A DNA stretch of 64,000 nucleotides from Candidatus Tayloriibacteriota bacterium (GCA_039934295.1 JBDTMN010000004.1:4840-68839), one strand, 5' to 3'. Shown: positions 29,671-39,794, counted from the first letter of the stretch. A program made the numbers and translations. Notes: generated by a model from the letters alone, not told the origin.

Positions 29671-30021
29671 TCATATGAGTTCTATCATCGCCATTTTGCT
29701 CCCATCGCTTACTCTCGAAGGCAGTTTCGTAATCCGGGTATATCCGCCCTTCCTATCTTTATATTTCGGTCCCGTCGTTTCGAATAATTTTTTAACAAGC
29801 GGAGGATGACCAAGACGAGAGGCAACAAGCCGTCGGTTGGAAAGAGTAGCATTTTTCGACTTCGTAATCAATTTTTCAACATATGGCCGGAGCTCCTTCG
29901 CTTTTGCCTCCGAAGTGGTGATTTTCCCCTCTTCAATCAAAGAAGAAGCAAGCGACTGTAAAAGGGCTCGCCTCTGCCCTCTTTCTCGCCCGAATTTTCT
30001 GTTTTTCTTGTGATGCATCAT
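29671..30021 (-). CDS. rplQ: 50S ribosomal protein L17
   Basis: KITTSEAKAKELRP, RKGGYTRI. Confidence 0.97.
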   Translation of the reverse strand: MMHHKKNRKFGRERGQRRALLQSLASSLIEEGKITTSEAKAKELRPYVEKLITKSKNATLSNRRLVASRLGHPPLVKKLFETTGPKYKDRKGGYTRITKLPSRVSDGSKMAMIELI

Positions 30022-30022
30022 T

Positions 30023-30103
30023 ATAGCTATTAGCTATTAGCTATTAGCTTTTAGCTTAGGGAATTTAATTTCCTATAAGCTAGCAGCTAATAGCTAAAAG
30101 CTA
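30023..30103. repeat. inverted heptamer tandem array (TAGCTAT)n..(ATAGCTA)n; representative of about 20 arrays
   Basis: Similar arrays at about 150-250, 8575-8660, 18908-18965, 27470-27600, 29115-29225, 31085-31165, 31780-31867, 32305-32388, 32775-32856, 36010, 38980, 39570, 39800, 41265, 51840, 53595. Confidence 0.9.
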
Positions 30104-31072
30104 CTTCAACGTGACTCCAAATTTATTCAACATTTTTTTTATCTCCTGAACGCCTTTTCCCCCTAAGCCGTCAATATCCAGAATATCCTCTTCTTTTTTT
30201 CTTACCAACCCTCCCAAGGTCCGGATATTGGCATTCAGAAGCGCGTTCAATGTTCTTTGTGTCAACTCCAGCGATTCAAGCCTCGTTTTAAGAAATTCCG
30301 GATCAATCTCTTTCTTATCTGCCGAGGCCTCCTCTGTCTCTTTCGTTCTTTCCGTCTCCAAAGGAATGATTACTTCATCTTCTTTAAAACCGATGATGGC
30401 CTTCAGCTGATTTATCATGATTTCCACGGATTTTTCAAATGCCTCTTTTGGTGAAATGGTGCCATCCGTCTCAAGAAAAATTTTCAATTTATTGAAATCA
30501 GTGCGATTACCCACCCGCATATTTTCTACTTCGTAGTTCACCCTTCGTATCGGCGTGAAAATAGCATCAAGACTGATTGCGCCGATCTCCACCCTATCCT
30601 TTTGCAGAAGTTCTTTGGAAATATATCCCAAGCCTCTCTCCACGGTCATCTCGATGTCGACTTCCGTATTTTTTTCGGTAATGGAAAAAAGATGCAGATC
30701 GGGAGTAAGCATTGTCACCTGTCCAGGCACCTTTATGTCTTTTCCGGTTACTTCTTTGACGCCTTTCACTTTGAGCGAGAGCGTCTGGGGTTCATCGGTA
30801 TGCATGGCTATCCTCAACTTTTTTATTTTGAGGAGAATGGTAATGACATCTTCCTTCACTCCTTCCAGAGTCGAGAATTCATGGCTAACCCCTTGGATTT
30901 TAACGGAGGTTACCGCAGACCCCGGGATAGAGGACAGAATAATCCTGCGCAAGGAGTTGCCCAGAGTGTGACCGTAGCCGGGGTAAAGGCCGTCAATCTC
31001 ATACAGTCCCGTGAAATTTTCCTCACGCAAGACTTTTGGCTTGGAAGGCAATAAAACGCTATAATCAGGCAT
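30101..31072 (-). CDS. rpoA: RNA polymerase alpha subunit
   Basis: GYGHTLGNSLRRIILSS, HEFSTLEGVKED, DAIFTPI. Confidence 0.98.
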   Translation of the reverse strand: MPDYSVLLPSKPKVLREENFTGLYEIDGLYPGYGHTLGNSLRRIILSSIPGSAVTSVKIQGVSHEFSTLEGVKEDVITILLKIKKLRIAMHTDEPQTLSLKVKGVKEVTGKDIKVPGQVTMLTPDLHLFSITEKNTEVDIEMTVERGLGYISKELLQKDRVEIGAISLDAIFTPIRRVNYEVENMRVGNRTDFNKLKIFLETDGTISPKEAFEKSVEIMINQLKAIIGFKEDEVIIPLETERTKETEEASADKKEIDPEFLKTRLESLELTQRTLNALLNANIRTLGGLVRKKEEDILDIDGLGGKGVQEIKKMLNKFGVTLK

Positions 31073-31165
31073 AGTATTTTTTTAATTAAGCTTTTAGCTT
31101 TCAGCTACTAGCTGTTAGCTTCAAGATGATTATCCTAAAAGCTAATAGCTAACAGCTCATAGCTA

Positions 31166-31777
31166 CTATCGTTGATAAAATTGAATAATTGCATTGATAT
31201 CGAATACCGTTTCCCCCGTCCGATAAGCCGGTTTCGCCTCGATGACCGCCTGTCTTTTTTCCAAATCCAATTTGATCCATGGAGGCACAGCAACTTCTTT
31301 GAACTTCTCTCCGACGCCCTCAAACAGCTTCTTTTTTGCACTTGCATCGCGAATAGCAATTATCTCCTTTGGAGAAACTTGATACGAGGGAACAGTCACC
31401 TTTACCCCATCAACCAAAATGTGCCCGTGGGAAACCATCTGTCGCGCCATTTGGCGAGTCGACGCAAGCCCCATCCGATAAATCACGTTATCCAATCTTG
31501 ACTCCAGCATTTCATAAAGCGTATCCACAGCTGGGGTACTCTTTTTTGCGAGCGAGCGTTTGACGTAGGTGCTGAATTGGCGCTCATTGATGCCATACAT
31601 ATATCGAGCTTTTTGTTTCTCGATCATCTGTATTCCATAGTCAGTTTTAGGGCGTCCTTTTCTTTCTCCGCCTTTTCCCCTGCTTGCCATACGGGCAGCA
31701 AATTTGGGAGTCTGAGTCTTATCAAAAATGTTCGCCCCCAACCGCCTTGCTATTTTGTATTTTGGACCAATTTTCAT
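31166..31777 (-). CDS. rpsD: 30S ribosomal protein S4
   Basis: EKQKARYMYG, LESRLDNVIYR, ARQMVSHGH. Confidence 0.98.
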   Translation of the reverse strand: MKIGPKYKIARRLGANIFDKTQTPKFAARMASRGKGGERKGRPKTDYGIQMIEKQKARYMYGINERQFSTYVKRSLAKKSTPAVDTLYEMLESRLDNVIYRMGLASTRQMARQMVSHGHILVDGVKVTVPSYQVSPKEIIAIRDASAKKKLFEGVGEKFKEVAVPPWIKLDLEKRQAVIEAKPAYRTGETVFDINAIIQFYQR

Positions 31778-31867
31778 AATTAGCTTAAAGCTATTAGCTA
31801 TTAGCTATTAGCTATTAGCTTTTTTGGAATTTTTCCTAAAAGCTAACACCTAACAGCTGACAGCTAT

Positions 31868-32302
31868 TTATACCCGCCGTGGCTTCTTCGCTTTCGGACC
31901 GTTATACGGAACCGGCGTCATATCGGTAATTTTTGAAATGTTTATGCCTTTCGATATGAACCCGCGAATACCCGACTCTCGTCCCGAGCCCACCCCTTTT
32001 ACGACCACGTCAATTTCCTTTACGCCAAGGTCTTGTGCCTTCAAAGCCAGTGTCTCCCCGACTTTTGCGGCGGCAAACGGAGTGCCTTTTTTTGCCCCCT
32101 TAAAGCCCAATGAGCCGCTCGAAGACCAGGCCAATGCGCCTCCTTTTTTGTCCGTCAAAATGAGCTTGGTATTGTTGTATGTTGACTGAACATACAGGAC
32201 CGCCGAGTCCACTTTACGTTTGGCACCACGGGCTTGAGGCGCGGCAACTTTACCGCCTTCCGTCTTTTCTCCCTCTGTTTTTACGATTCTTTTCTTTCCC
32301 AT
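31868..32302 (-). CDS. rpsK: 30S ribosomal protein S11
   Basis: STYNNT, GFKGAKKGTPFAA, KGVGSGRE. Confidence 0.98.
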   Translation of the reverse strand: MGKKRIVKTEGEKTEGGKVAAPQARGAKRKVDSAVLYVQSTYNNTKLILTDKKGGALAWSSSGSLGFKGAKKGTPFAAAKVGETLALKAQDLGVKEIDVVVKGVGSGRESGIRGFISKGINISKITDMTPVPYNGPKAKKPRRV

Positions 32303-32388
32303 AGTAATCAGCTTTTAGCTATTAGCTGTCAGGTGTTAGCTTAAAATCTTTAATTTCCTAAAAGCTAATAGCTAACAGCTTACACCTA

Positions 32389-32769
32389 TTATTTCTTTTC
32401 AACCGCTTTCCTTCCCGAACCCATGGTCTTCCTTGTATTTCCCCTGACAGTGCGTGAATTGGTCTTCGTCCTCTGTCCTTTGACGGGTAATTTCCGCAAA
32501 TGCCTGATTCCTCGATATGCTTTAATGTCTTTCAGCCTTTTAATATTTCCCGACACCTCTCTTTTCAAGTCTCCTTCGATTTTGTGTTCTTCCATTGCCT
32601 TTCGAATATCGTTTTCTTCCGCAGGAGTGAGTTCCTTTGCCTTTTTCCCCGGCGCGATGTTTGTCTTTTTCAATATCGACAGCGCGCGAGAACGCCCCAC
32701 GCCATAAATTGCGGTCAAGGCTATCTCCAATCTTTTTTCATCCGGCAATGTTATTCCAGCAATTCTCAT
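32389..32769 (-). CDS. rpsM: 30S ribosomal protein S13
   Basis: RIAGI, LTAIYGVG, LPVKGQRTKTNSRT. Confidence 0.98.
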   Translation of the reverse strand: MRIAGITLPDEKRLEIALTAIYGVGRSRALSILKKTNIAPGKKAKELTPAEENDIRKAMEEHKIEGDLKREVSGNIKRLKDIKAYRGIRHLRKLPVKGQRTKTNSRTVRGNTRKTMGSGRKAVEKK

Positions 32770-32857
32770 AGTGAATAGGTGTTAGGTGTTAGGTGTTAGG
32801 TGTTAGGTGTAAGCATTCGGTTTTACTAAAACCTTACACCTGTCACCTTACACCTGT

Positions 32858-32974
32858 TCAACCCTGTCTCTGCTTATGCCTCGGGTTCGCCTTGCATATC
32901 ACATACACATATCCTTTGCGTCGGACAAGTTTGCAACTGGCGCATACTGTTTTTACGGAAGCTTTTACCCTCAT
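32858..32974 (-). CDS. rpmJ: 50S ribosomal protein L36 (absent from ORF track)
   Basis: Manual translation [38 protein letters not shown]. Confidence 0.97.
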   Translation of the reverse strand: MRVKASVKTVCASCKLVRRKGYVYVICKANPRHKQRQG

Positions 32975-33030
32975 GCCATGAATTAAAAACTAGGTGTTGT
33001 CAATCCTAATTCTTGGTTTCCCTTATTTAA

Positions 33031-33255
33031 TTAAAGACGCTTCACAATTCTTCCCTTGCCTCCATAAGGGTCAATCTGTACTTTTACCCTATCTCCTATT
33101 AAAACTCGGATTCGATTCATTCTCATCTTTCCCGAAAGATAAGCGAGCGTCTCATTTTCTTGGCCTTCTAATATAACTTTAAACAGGGTATTAGGCAAGG
33201 CCTCGCGAACCACTCCATCGAGGCTTGTGTCTTTTTCCTTCGCATTATGCATCAA
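33031..33255 (-). CDS. infA: translation initiation factor IF-1
   Basis: EALPNTLF, AYLSGKMRMNRIRVLIGDRV. Confidence 0.97.
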   Translation of the reverse strand: MMHNAKEKDTSLDGVVREALPNTLFKVILEGQENETLAYLSGKMRMNRIRVLIGDRVKVQIDPYGGKGRIVKRL

Positions 33256-33334
33256 ATTTGTAACGATTTCCTAGCATATCAAGTAACCCTAATTTCGTCA
33301 ATATAGGATAGCCCAAATCCCCCAAGGCTTCCCA

Positions 33335-34666
33335 TTAGCCCTTACTTTCTACAATTTTAATTTTATCAAGTTCTCTCGGAAGTTTCTTTACCCAAAATGG
33401 CTTCAATGTGATTTCAGTTTTGTCAAAAGAGAACTGAGTCTTAAGAATTTCCTCGATTTCATCCAAAGACTTTCCGGAAATCATTTTTCGGAGCTCCAGT
33501 TCTTCATAGCTCCAGACGATACTTGGATTCCCTTTTAAGTTGAAAACAATTTCGTCTTTTTCGATGAGATTGTCCGGCGAAAGAGAGGAAAACACCAACG
33601 CTTGGATGTTCGGTATTTCTATTGCTTTCCCATCAAAATCGGGAATAACCTCTTTTGCGATACTTTTTTCGAGAGCGGTCTTGTTAAATATAATTCCTTG
33701 AAAGTGAGCTTGCTCATTCACCCGTATCGAATTTGGAGCAACTGGATCATTCGGCAAAGATTCAAATTCTATGGAAACGGCGTTATCAAAAAGAATGAAA
33801 TTTTCCGGCATCTCGCTTTGAGCCTCTTGAAAAAGTTCTTTTTGCAGTTCTGTATGAATATCTTTTTTTGCTTGAGTCAAATCTGCCTCCGCTGCAATCT
33901 TTGAGAGTCCGGAAGAACCCTGTGTCATCGCAGTTTTTGAACGAGCAACGATTGTCTTGAATCGGGGATCTCCCTTAAAGCCGGGAATGGTAAAATAAGT
34001 GATCGCGATATTGTACTTTGCTCCGATTGCATCGGCAAATACCGTAACCTCGATGCTTCCGGGAGTTTCGCCTTTTTTAGCGGGTACGGTAATCGGTTCA
34101 GCGATGCGATAAATCAACCCCCCGGAAGTTTCAAAGCGAGTGTTCTTGACCAGAGTCTGTGGCTTAGACTCATTGCTGGAAATAATTATTTTTCCGCTTG
34201 CCTTAGAATCTACCTGTTTTTCTTCTTTCGCTTCTATCACTTTTGACCCAGTTTTTGTCAACGTTATAACATCATAGAAAAGTGAGGTGTCGGTCTTGAC
34301 TTTTACCGCCTTGAAATTCGAATCAAGCGAAGCTTCCACTTTCTTTGGAGTAACTTCCACTGTCGCGCTTCCGAATACGGTAAAAAATGAGAAACCGAGT
34401 ATAAGCAAAGCTACAAGAATGCTCAACCAAAGAAAAAGTCGGGAATGCCTCCTCCTCGGAGGCTCAACAAATTCGGAGACACGCTTTTCCTCAAAGGTAT
34501 GCGGAGATGGAGGTTCATACTGTTCCTGGTTATAAGGTGATCGGCGTGGCAGATCAACCTCAAGAGGAATATCCGAGATCCTTTTTCTCCTATCGGATGG
34601 CAGGGGAATATCTCTTATTGACCTTTTCTCGGGAGGAAGAACATCTTGTAAAATATTTTTTGCCAT
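33335..34666 (-). CDS. single-TM protein with baseplate-J-like beta domain
   Basis: TM then ASGKIII.N, TRF..GLIYR, VPA, V.AD..G.KYNI pattern. Confidence 0.6.
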   Translation of the reverse strand: MAKNILQDVLPPEKRSIRDIPLPSDRRKRISDIPLEVDLPRRSPYNQEQYEPPSPHTFEEKRVSEFVEPPRRRHSRLFLWLSILVALLILGFSFFTVFGSATVEVTPKKVEASLDSNFKAVKVKTDTSLFYDVITLTKTGSKVIEAKEEKQVDSKASGKIIISSNESKPQTLVKNTRFETSGGLIYRIAEPITVPAKKGETPGSIEVTVFADAIGAKYNIAITYFTIPGFKGDPRFKTIVARSKTAMTQGSSGLSKIAAEADLTQAKKDIHTELQKELFQEAQSEMPENFILFDNAVSIEFESLPNDPVAPNSIRVNEQAHFQGIIFNKTALEKSIAKEVIPDFDGKAIEIPNIQALVFSSLSPDNLIEKDEIVFNLKGNPSIVWSYEELELRKMISGKSLDEIEEILKTQFSFDKTEITLKPFWVKKLPRELDKIKIVESKG

Positions 34667-34741
34667 AATTGAATAAACTCGAAATTTGGATTTCGCGCTC
34701 TAATGAAGGTTATTGTATCATAAAATCCATTAAATAGGAAG

Positions 34742-35956
34742 TTATATCGCGCGCTCGCCGAGCTTCTGTATAAACACACTCTCCATTGCAAGAAGTGAGG
34801 CGTTTTCGGCAAATTCACCGATTTTGTAGGAATCCTTAATGAGAGAATCCTGAATCGGCACTATTTTAAACGGCTCGCGGTCTCCTGCAAACTGTTCGAA
34901 TATTTCGTCTTCAATCATCTTGGAAAAGAGCGCTATAAAATCGGAATCCGCCGTTATAAAGAGCGTCTTTGGCAAGAAAAATTCTTCGAAAAAACTCCGA
35001 AGAGATTCGTGAAAATGCGTGACCCAGTCTTTCTTCGAGTTTAAGATTTCCCGAATTTTTTCGGTTACATTCGGCTCCGCCTTTTGAGCTTGGTAGAGGC
35101 GGAGAAACGAAAGCGCCACTTGGGGGACTGTGTTTAGGGACTGGCCAATCTCCCTGATATAAAAACTGGAACCGATGGGAATCGTCACCGTCTCGAGCAA
35201 TAGCCCTTTTTTTATAAGACTGACATCGGTTACTTCCTCCCGGACATCCACAAGAAGAAAATCCGGGGGGGTGTCCTTCAAATCCCTGACCCCAGAAAAC
35301 AGCACGAGCGGGAAAGAGTGGAACTGAATAGACTTGACGTTGAAATTTCTTCTGATGGTCTCTTTGATTTTTTCCGTAAGTTCCACCCCCGCAAAGCTCA
35401 GATAAATCGAGACTTCAATATTTTTAACGGATTGTCCTGTTGGCTGCCAGGTCTCGTAGCCGTTCAATTTCATCCGTATTATTTTGCTCTCGAGAACCTC
35501 GACGCTCTCTTTGAAGTTTTGGGAATACTCGCCCTTAAGGAGCGACTCTTTAAAGACATTTTTTTCGTCTTCGACAATCCTATTCAAAAGCGCGGAGGTG
35601 ATCGTGACCGGCTTTTCTTTTTCGATTTTGATTATCTTTGTCTGGGATATATACCACGGAGAAGAGAGCACGCAATATACGTGCTGTATCGTCTCGCGTC
35701 CATGCTTTGTAAACTTGAGATGTGATAAGCCCTCGTCTTCAAGCGATTTCAAAACTTCCTGGAGAGCTGACCACATGAGGACTTTGGTTCTTTCAATATC
35801 TTTTTCTTCTCCAGCGGGGAGAGATACTCTATGGTTGAAAATTACATACGGGTTTTCCGTTTTTGAGATTTGGAGCAACGCGCCCTCAACATACCCGGAA
35901 CTGAGGTCGAGAATAATTGATATTTCATCGGAGGATTTATTCATGAAGGAAAACAT
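34742..35956 (-). CDS. FtsA/PilM-like actin-fold protein (degenerate)
   Basis: IILDLSSGYV, LLVDVREEVTDVSL, IPIGS motifs; LNGY. Confidence 0.55.
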   Translation of the reverse strand: MFSFMNKSSDEISIILDLSSGYVEGALLQISKTENPYVIFNHRVSLPAGEEKDIERTKVLMWSALQEVLKSLEDEGLSHLKFTKHGRETIQHVYCVLSSPWYISQTKIIKIEKEKPVTITSALLNRIVEDEKNVFKESLLKGEYSQNFKESVEVLESKIIRMKLNGYETWQPTGQSVKNIEVSIYLSFAGVELTEKIKETIRRNFNVKSIQFHSFPLVLFSGVRDLKDTPPDFLLVDVREEVTDVSLIKKGLLLETVTIPIGSSFYIREIGQSLNTVPQVALSFLRLYQAQKAEPNVTEKIREILNSKKDWVTHFHESLRSFFEEFFLPKTLFITADSDFIALFSKMIEDEIFEQFAGDREPFKIVPIQDSLIKDSYKIGEFAENASLLAMESVFIQKLGERAI

Positions 35957-36036
35957 GCAAATAAGTATACCACACTGGGAAAAGCGTGTAACAGAAGGAC
36001 GCACCCTCTCTTATGTTACATGTTGTGTGTTACATG

Positions 36037-37851
36037 CTATATAATGACGGCTTTGATGCGTCTCACCCCCTGCGATACCGCCTCTTCTTTAACGATTTTG
36101 AATTTCCACTTTCCCTCTGCCCCAGCGAGTTCGCTCGTGTTCTTGACATGTGGTCCTCCGCAGAATTCTTTTGAAATTGGATTCCCCTTTTCATCTTCGA
36201 TGAAGTAGACAGAAACCTTGTCGGGATATTTTGCTCCAAACTCCATTTCAGCTCCAAGTTTTTTTGCCTCATCGAGAGACATTTCCCTTCGGACGACAGC
36301 AAGTCTCCTTTGAATCCAGTTGTTTACCGTTTCCTCGACTTTTTTCTTCTCCTCATCGCTAAGTTTTCTTTCAAATGAAAAATCAATCCGAAGTCGCTCC
36401 TCTGTGATATTGCTTCCCCGCTGTTTTACATTTTTCCCTAGAACGCTTTGCAATGCCGCGAGCAAAAGATGGTGAGCCGTGTGAAGCCGGACAGTATGCT
36501 CGTTATGGTCAGCTAACCCTCCTTTAAACTTTTTTTCCGCGCCAGCTCGTGAAAGTTCTTGATGTTTCTTAAAAGCTTCCTCAAATCCCTTAACGTCAAC
36601 TTTTTTCTTTTTTTCTTTGGCGAGCTCGATGGTCATATCGATAGGCAAACCATATGAAGAAAAAAGATTGAATGCGTGTGTTCCCGAGATCACATCTCCT
36701 TTCTCCGAAATCTTTTCAAATTCTTTTATTCCCAGGAGTACTGCTTCAGCAAATTTGGATGATTCTTCCACCAAAACATTCTGTATTCTTTCTTTCATCG
36801 AAACTAGTTCAGGATATGCCTGTTCATACATCGTTGTAAGCGCATCAACGTAAGCAGAAATTCTTTTTTCATCAAGTTTTCTGTCGCTCGTGTTTATTAT
36901 TGCTCTTCGAATTAATCTGCGGAGAATATACCCTCGGTCGGTGTTCGATGGGATTACCCCGTCAGCAATGAGAAAAACGCTCGCTCGAAGATGGTCTGCA
37001 ATAATTCTTTTATTGCGTAGAGTATTGTCCGCTTTTTTCATGAGATCTAAAACTGGCAACAGAAGATCTGTGTCAAATATGTTGTCTTTCCTTTGCATAA
37101 CCATCGCCAACCGCTCAAATCCCGCCCCGGTGTCCACATTCTTCTGCTTGAGTTTGCCGACAATCTTACCTTCAACCTTTTCAAATTCCATGAAGACGTC
37201 GTTCCAAATTTCAACAACTTTCTGTTCTTCGTCAGCTTTCGCAAACGCTTCCGGAGACAAGTCGCCCAATCCTTCCTCTGTTATGTCATAAAACATTTCC
37301 GAGCAGGGACCGCTTGGACCTGTCCAGTCATCTTTACCTTTCACGGCCGGCCACCAATTACTCGATGCATCTTTGAAATAAATCCTATTTTTTGGAATTC
37401 CAGCTTCCTCCCAGATTTTTGCCGATTCAATATCCTTTTCAGCATTTTTGTCGCCCGCAAAAACGGTAATATACAGGCGTTTCGGATCAAGTCCAAGTCC
37501 TTCTTTTTTTTCCGTCAAAAATTCATAGCTCCAAGTGATTGCTTCTTTTTTGAAATAGTCGCCAAGTGACCAGTTGCCGAGCATCTCAAAAAAAGTCCCG
37601 TGCGTCTTATCTCCAACATCATCAATATCAATCGTGCGCAGGCATTTCTGAACACCTGCGATCCGTCTTCCTTTCGGATGAGGTTTGCCCAACAAATACG
37701 GAATAAGAGGCTGCATTCCTGCAGTATTAAAAAGAGTAGGATTTGTAATACCCTTTTCATCAGTTGTGACAAGGGAAGCAGAAGAAATAATCGCATGCCC
37801 GCGCTTGCGAAAAAATTCGAGGAATCTCTCGCGGATTTCGGAGGAGTTCAT
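36037..37851 (-). CDS. alaS: alanyl-tRNA synthetase (short form)
   Basis: NTAGMQP, TFFEMLGNWS, VDTGAGFER, HTAHH...EFCGGPH. Confidence 0.98.
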   Translation of the reverse strand: MNSSEIRERFLEFFRKRGHAIISSASLVTTDEKGITNPTLFNTAGMQPLIPYLLGKPHPKGRRIAGVQKCLRTIDIDDVGDKTHGTFFEMLGNWSLGDYFKKEAITWSYEFLTEKKEGLGLDPKRLYITVFAGDKNAEKDIESAKIWEEAGIPKNRIYFKDASSNWWPAVKGKDDWTGPSGPCSEMFYDITEEGLGDLSPEAFAKADEEQKVVEIWNDVFMEFEKVEGKIVGKLKQKNVDTGAGFERLAMVMQRKDNIFDTDLLLPVLDLMKKADNTLRNKRIIADHLRASVFLIADGVIPSNTDRGYILRRLIRRAIINTSDRKLDEKRISAYVDALTTMYEQAYPELVSMKERIQNVLVEESSKFAEAVLLGIKEFEKISEKGDVISGTHAFNLFSSYGLPIDMTIELAKEKKKKVDVKGFEEAFKKHQELSRAGAEKKFKGGLADHNEHTVRLHTAHHLLLAALQSVLGKNVKQRGSNITEERLRIDFSFERKLSDEEKKKVEETVNNWIQRRLAVVRREMSLDEAKKLGAEMEFGAKYPDKVSVYFIEDEKGNPISKEFCGGPHVKNTSELAGAEGKWKFKIVKEEAVSQGVRRIKAVII

Positions 37852-37929
37852 ACAGAAAGTGTAGCAGAAATGCGCGACATTTCAACGATTTGCATGAGAG
37901 TAAATACTGTGATATAGTACATTTAGCTT

Positions 37930-38346
37930 ATGAACGCCATTATGAAAAGTTCGTCGCCAAAACGACGCAGTCATCTGGAGAGCAACATTAAGGGTCGGAG
38001 AATGGAGAGTCTTTTTGAAAAGCTGACGAGAGAGCTCATGGCGGGAGGACGACTTTTGCCATGGATAGCTCGCCTCGATAGAGCAAATCCTAATGAAGAT
38101 TTGTACGAGGGTACGGATTTCAAAATCAAAGCCATCAAAGAAAACGGAGAAGGCAAATCGTTTTTCACGATACGGATCGATGTCAAAAGCTCTGAATGGC
38201 AAGTCGGAATATTCCAGAGCGAACATCCTGACTCAAGGGTGCATGCAATCAGAATCGACTGGTCTACAACTCTCGAAGATGTGAGAGTGATGCTGGATGG
38301 AATCTATCTCCAAGTTCTTCCAAAGCCCCCTCCGCAAACAGCCTGA
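37930..38346 (+). CDS. hypothetical protein, possible PD-(D/E)xK fold
   Basis: G...E, ED..GTDF, IDVKSS. Confidence 0.5.
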   Translation: MNAIMKSSSPKRRSHLESNIKGRRMESLFEKLTRELMAGGRLLPWIARLDRANPNEDLYEGTDFKIKAIKENGEGKSFFTIRIDVKSSEWQVGIFQSEHPDSRVHAIRIDWSTTLEDVRVMLDGIYLQVLPKPPPQTA

Positions 38347-38529
38347 ACGATCCGGCTGTTTTTTTATATCTATAATTGATTAACACTGGATGGTAATCAT
38401 TCCAGTGTGATGCAATTTATTTCCTTTATTTTTTCGAGTGCCACTTGTCCTCCTTCGCATGGCTTCGGCCGTCGGCTCGACGAAGTCAGCCTTTGGCCAG
38501 ACGCAGTCGGCGGGACAAGTCGGCAATGC

Positions 38530-38973
38530 CTATCTTCTATACTTTTTTGATTTCCATTTATCAGCAATTCTTACTCGAGTCAGACTTCGTTCTAGTTCGG
38601 ACTCAAAGTGTTCATAGTCAACGTGTTCTTTATTTTCCATTTTCTTTTTGAGTTCCGAGGCACGTGCTTTTGCTTTTTCAATTTCGACGAGAGATATAGA
38701 CGATACATGTTCGGCAAAATCCGCAAGAACTGCAACTTGAGTCGTGTTGTCTTCCCCATTTTTGACCTCCACAAATCCCCCTGCAACTGCAAAAGGCACC
38801 GGCTCCCCGTTTGCAACCGCCACGATATCTCCCGAGGACAGTCCGACGATAATCGGAATGTGATTCGGCAAAATGGTTATTTCACCTTCGGATGCAGGCA
38901 AAGTAACCTGATCCACCATTTCTTCCAAAATGAGCTTTTCAGGAGTGATGATTTTGAGATTGAGTTGGGGCAT
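38530..38973 (-). CDS. atpC: ATP synthase epsilon subunit
   Basis: IITPE, GEITILPNHIP, AVAGGFVEV, VLADFAE. Confidence 0.96.
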   Translation of the reverse strand: MPQLNLKIITPEKLILEEMVDQVTLPASEGEITILPNHIPIIVGLSSGDIVAVANGEPVPFAVAGGFVEVKNGEDNTTQVAVLADFAEHVSSISLVEIEKAKARASELKKKMENKEHVDYEHFESELERSLTRVRIADKWKSKKYRR

Positions 38974-39018
38974 TGGGATAGCTGTTAGGTGTTAGGTGTT
39001 AGGTGTTAGTTTGAAAAT

Positions 39019-39231
39019 TTACTTTTCAAAATTCTCTCGGGAAAGTTTTGACTGCCGCAAAATAGAGCTAAATGTGCCAGACGGAATTTGTTTTCTATTT
39101 GCGGGTACGATAACAGTGAGCTTTCTTACAATGTGAAAAAATTTCGCGTGACTTCCTTTTTGTGACACAAACGCAAAGCCTTTATTCTCAAGAACTTTTA
39201 CGATTTCACGTGATGAAAACAGTTTAGGCAT
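39019..39231 (-). CDS. hicA: HicA family toxin
   Basis: SSREIVKVLENKGF..VSQKGSH, VIVP, GTFSSILRQS. Confidence 0.9.
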   Translation of the reverse strand: MPKLFSSREIVKVLENKGFAFVSQKGSHAKFFHIVRKLTVIVPANRKQIPSGTFSSILRQSKLSRENFEK

Positions 39232-39442
39232 GCTGAAAAGAGGTTTCCGCGAGAGAAAGCGAGGTAACCTCGGGGATTGAAGGAGTTTTTATGTCTTCAA
39301 AATAAAGCTCGATAGCTTCTTTGATATTAGCGAGAGCTTCTTTGCGCGTCTTGCCAAAACTTGAAATATCAACGTTAAGGCACTGGGCAACATAAAACTT
39401 TCCTTCTTTCCAAACGACATTTTTTAGTCGGACTGTTTTCAT
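39224..39442 (-). CDS. hicB: HicB family antitoxin (short, no DNA-binding domain)
   Basis: YVAQC...SSFGKTRKEALANIKEAIELY. Confidence 0.9.
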   Translation of the reverse strand: MKTVRLKNVVWKEGKFYVAQCLNVDISSFGKTRKEALANIKEAIELYFEDIKTPSIPEVTSLSLAETSFQHA

Positions 39443-39494
39443 ATTTCAATACTACAAAAAAAGTGTCGGCAAATCAAGCGACCCAAAGAGATAT

Positions 39495-39561
39495 CCTGAT
39501 CCACCATTTCTTCCAAAATGAGGCGTTCAGGAGTGATGATTTTTAAGTTGAGTTGAGGCAT
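39495..39561 (-). pseudogene. duplicated atpC 5' fragment (22 codons)
   Basis: MPQLNLKIITPERLILEEMVDQ vs atpC MPQLNLKIITPEKLILEEMVDQ. Confidence 0.92.
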
Positions 39562-39581
39562 TTGAAGATAGCTGTTAGCTA

Positions 39582-39794
39582 TTAGGTGTAAGTAAAAAAA
39601 TCGGAGCTCAATTTTTTTGCAATCTCTTCAGCTTTTTCTTCAGGAATATGGACCGTATGCAATGTCCATTGTTTTAGCCACGGTGTTTTGTGTTTTTCTA
39701 CGACTTTTGATACCCTTGTACCAATTACAAAAACCTGTGCGCATACAGATTTATCGGAAAGACTTTCTTCAATAATCACGCCTTTGTAATTCAT
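39582..39794 (-). pseudogene. hypothetical protein, probably 3'-truncated
   Basis: YKGVIIEESL..HKTPWLKQWTLHTV resembles the N-half of a longer CPR family (from memory); ends in heptamer repeats. Confidence 0.5.

Noticed and set aside
27470-32860. Repeat arrays as CRISPR
   Set aside because: Units are 7-bp tandem repeats without unique spacers, and no cas genes are present
33335-34666. Prophage inferred from baseplate-J-like protein
   Set aside because: TM-anchored, flanked by housekeeping genes, and no other phage genes
36037-37851. Truncated alaS pseudogene
   Set aside because: Catalytic and editing motifs are intact; short AlaRS lacking C-Ala is usual in this lineage
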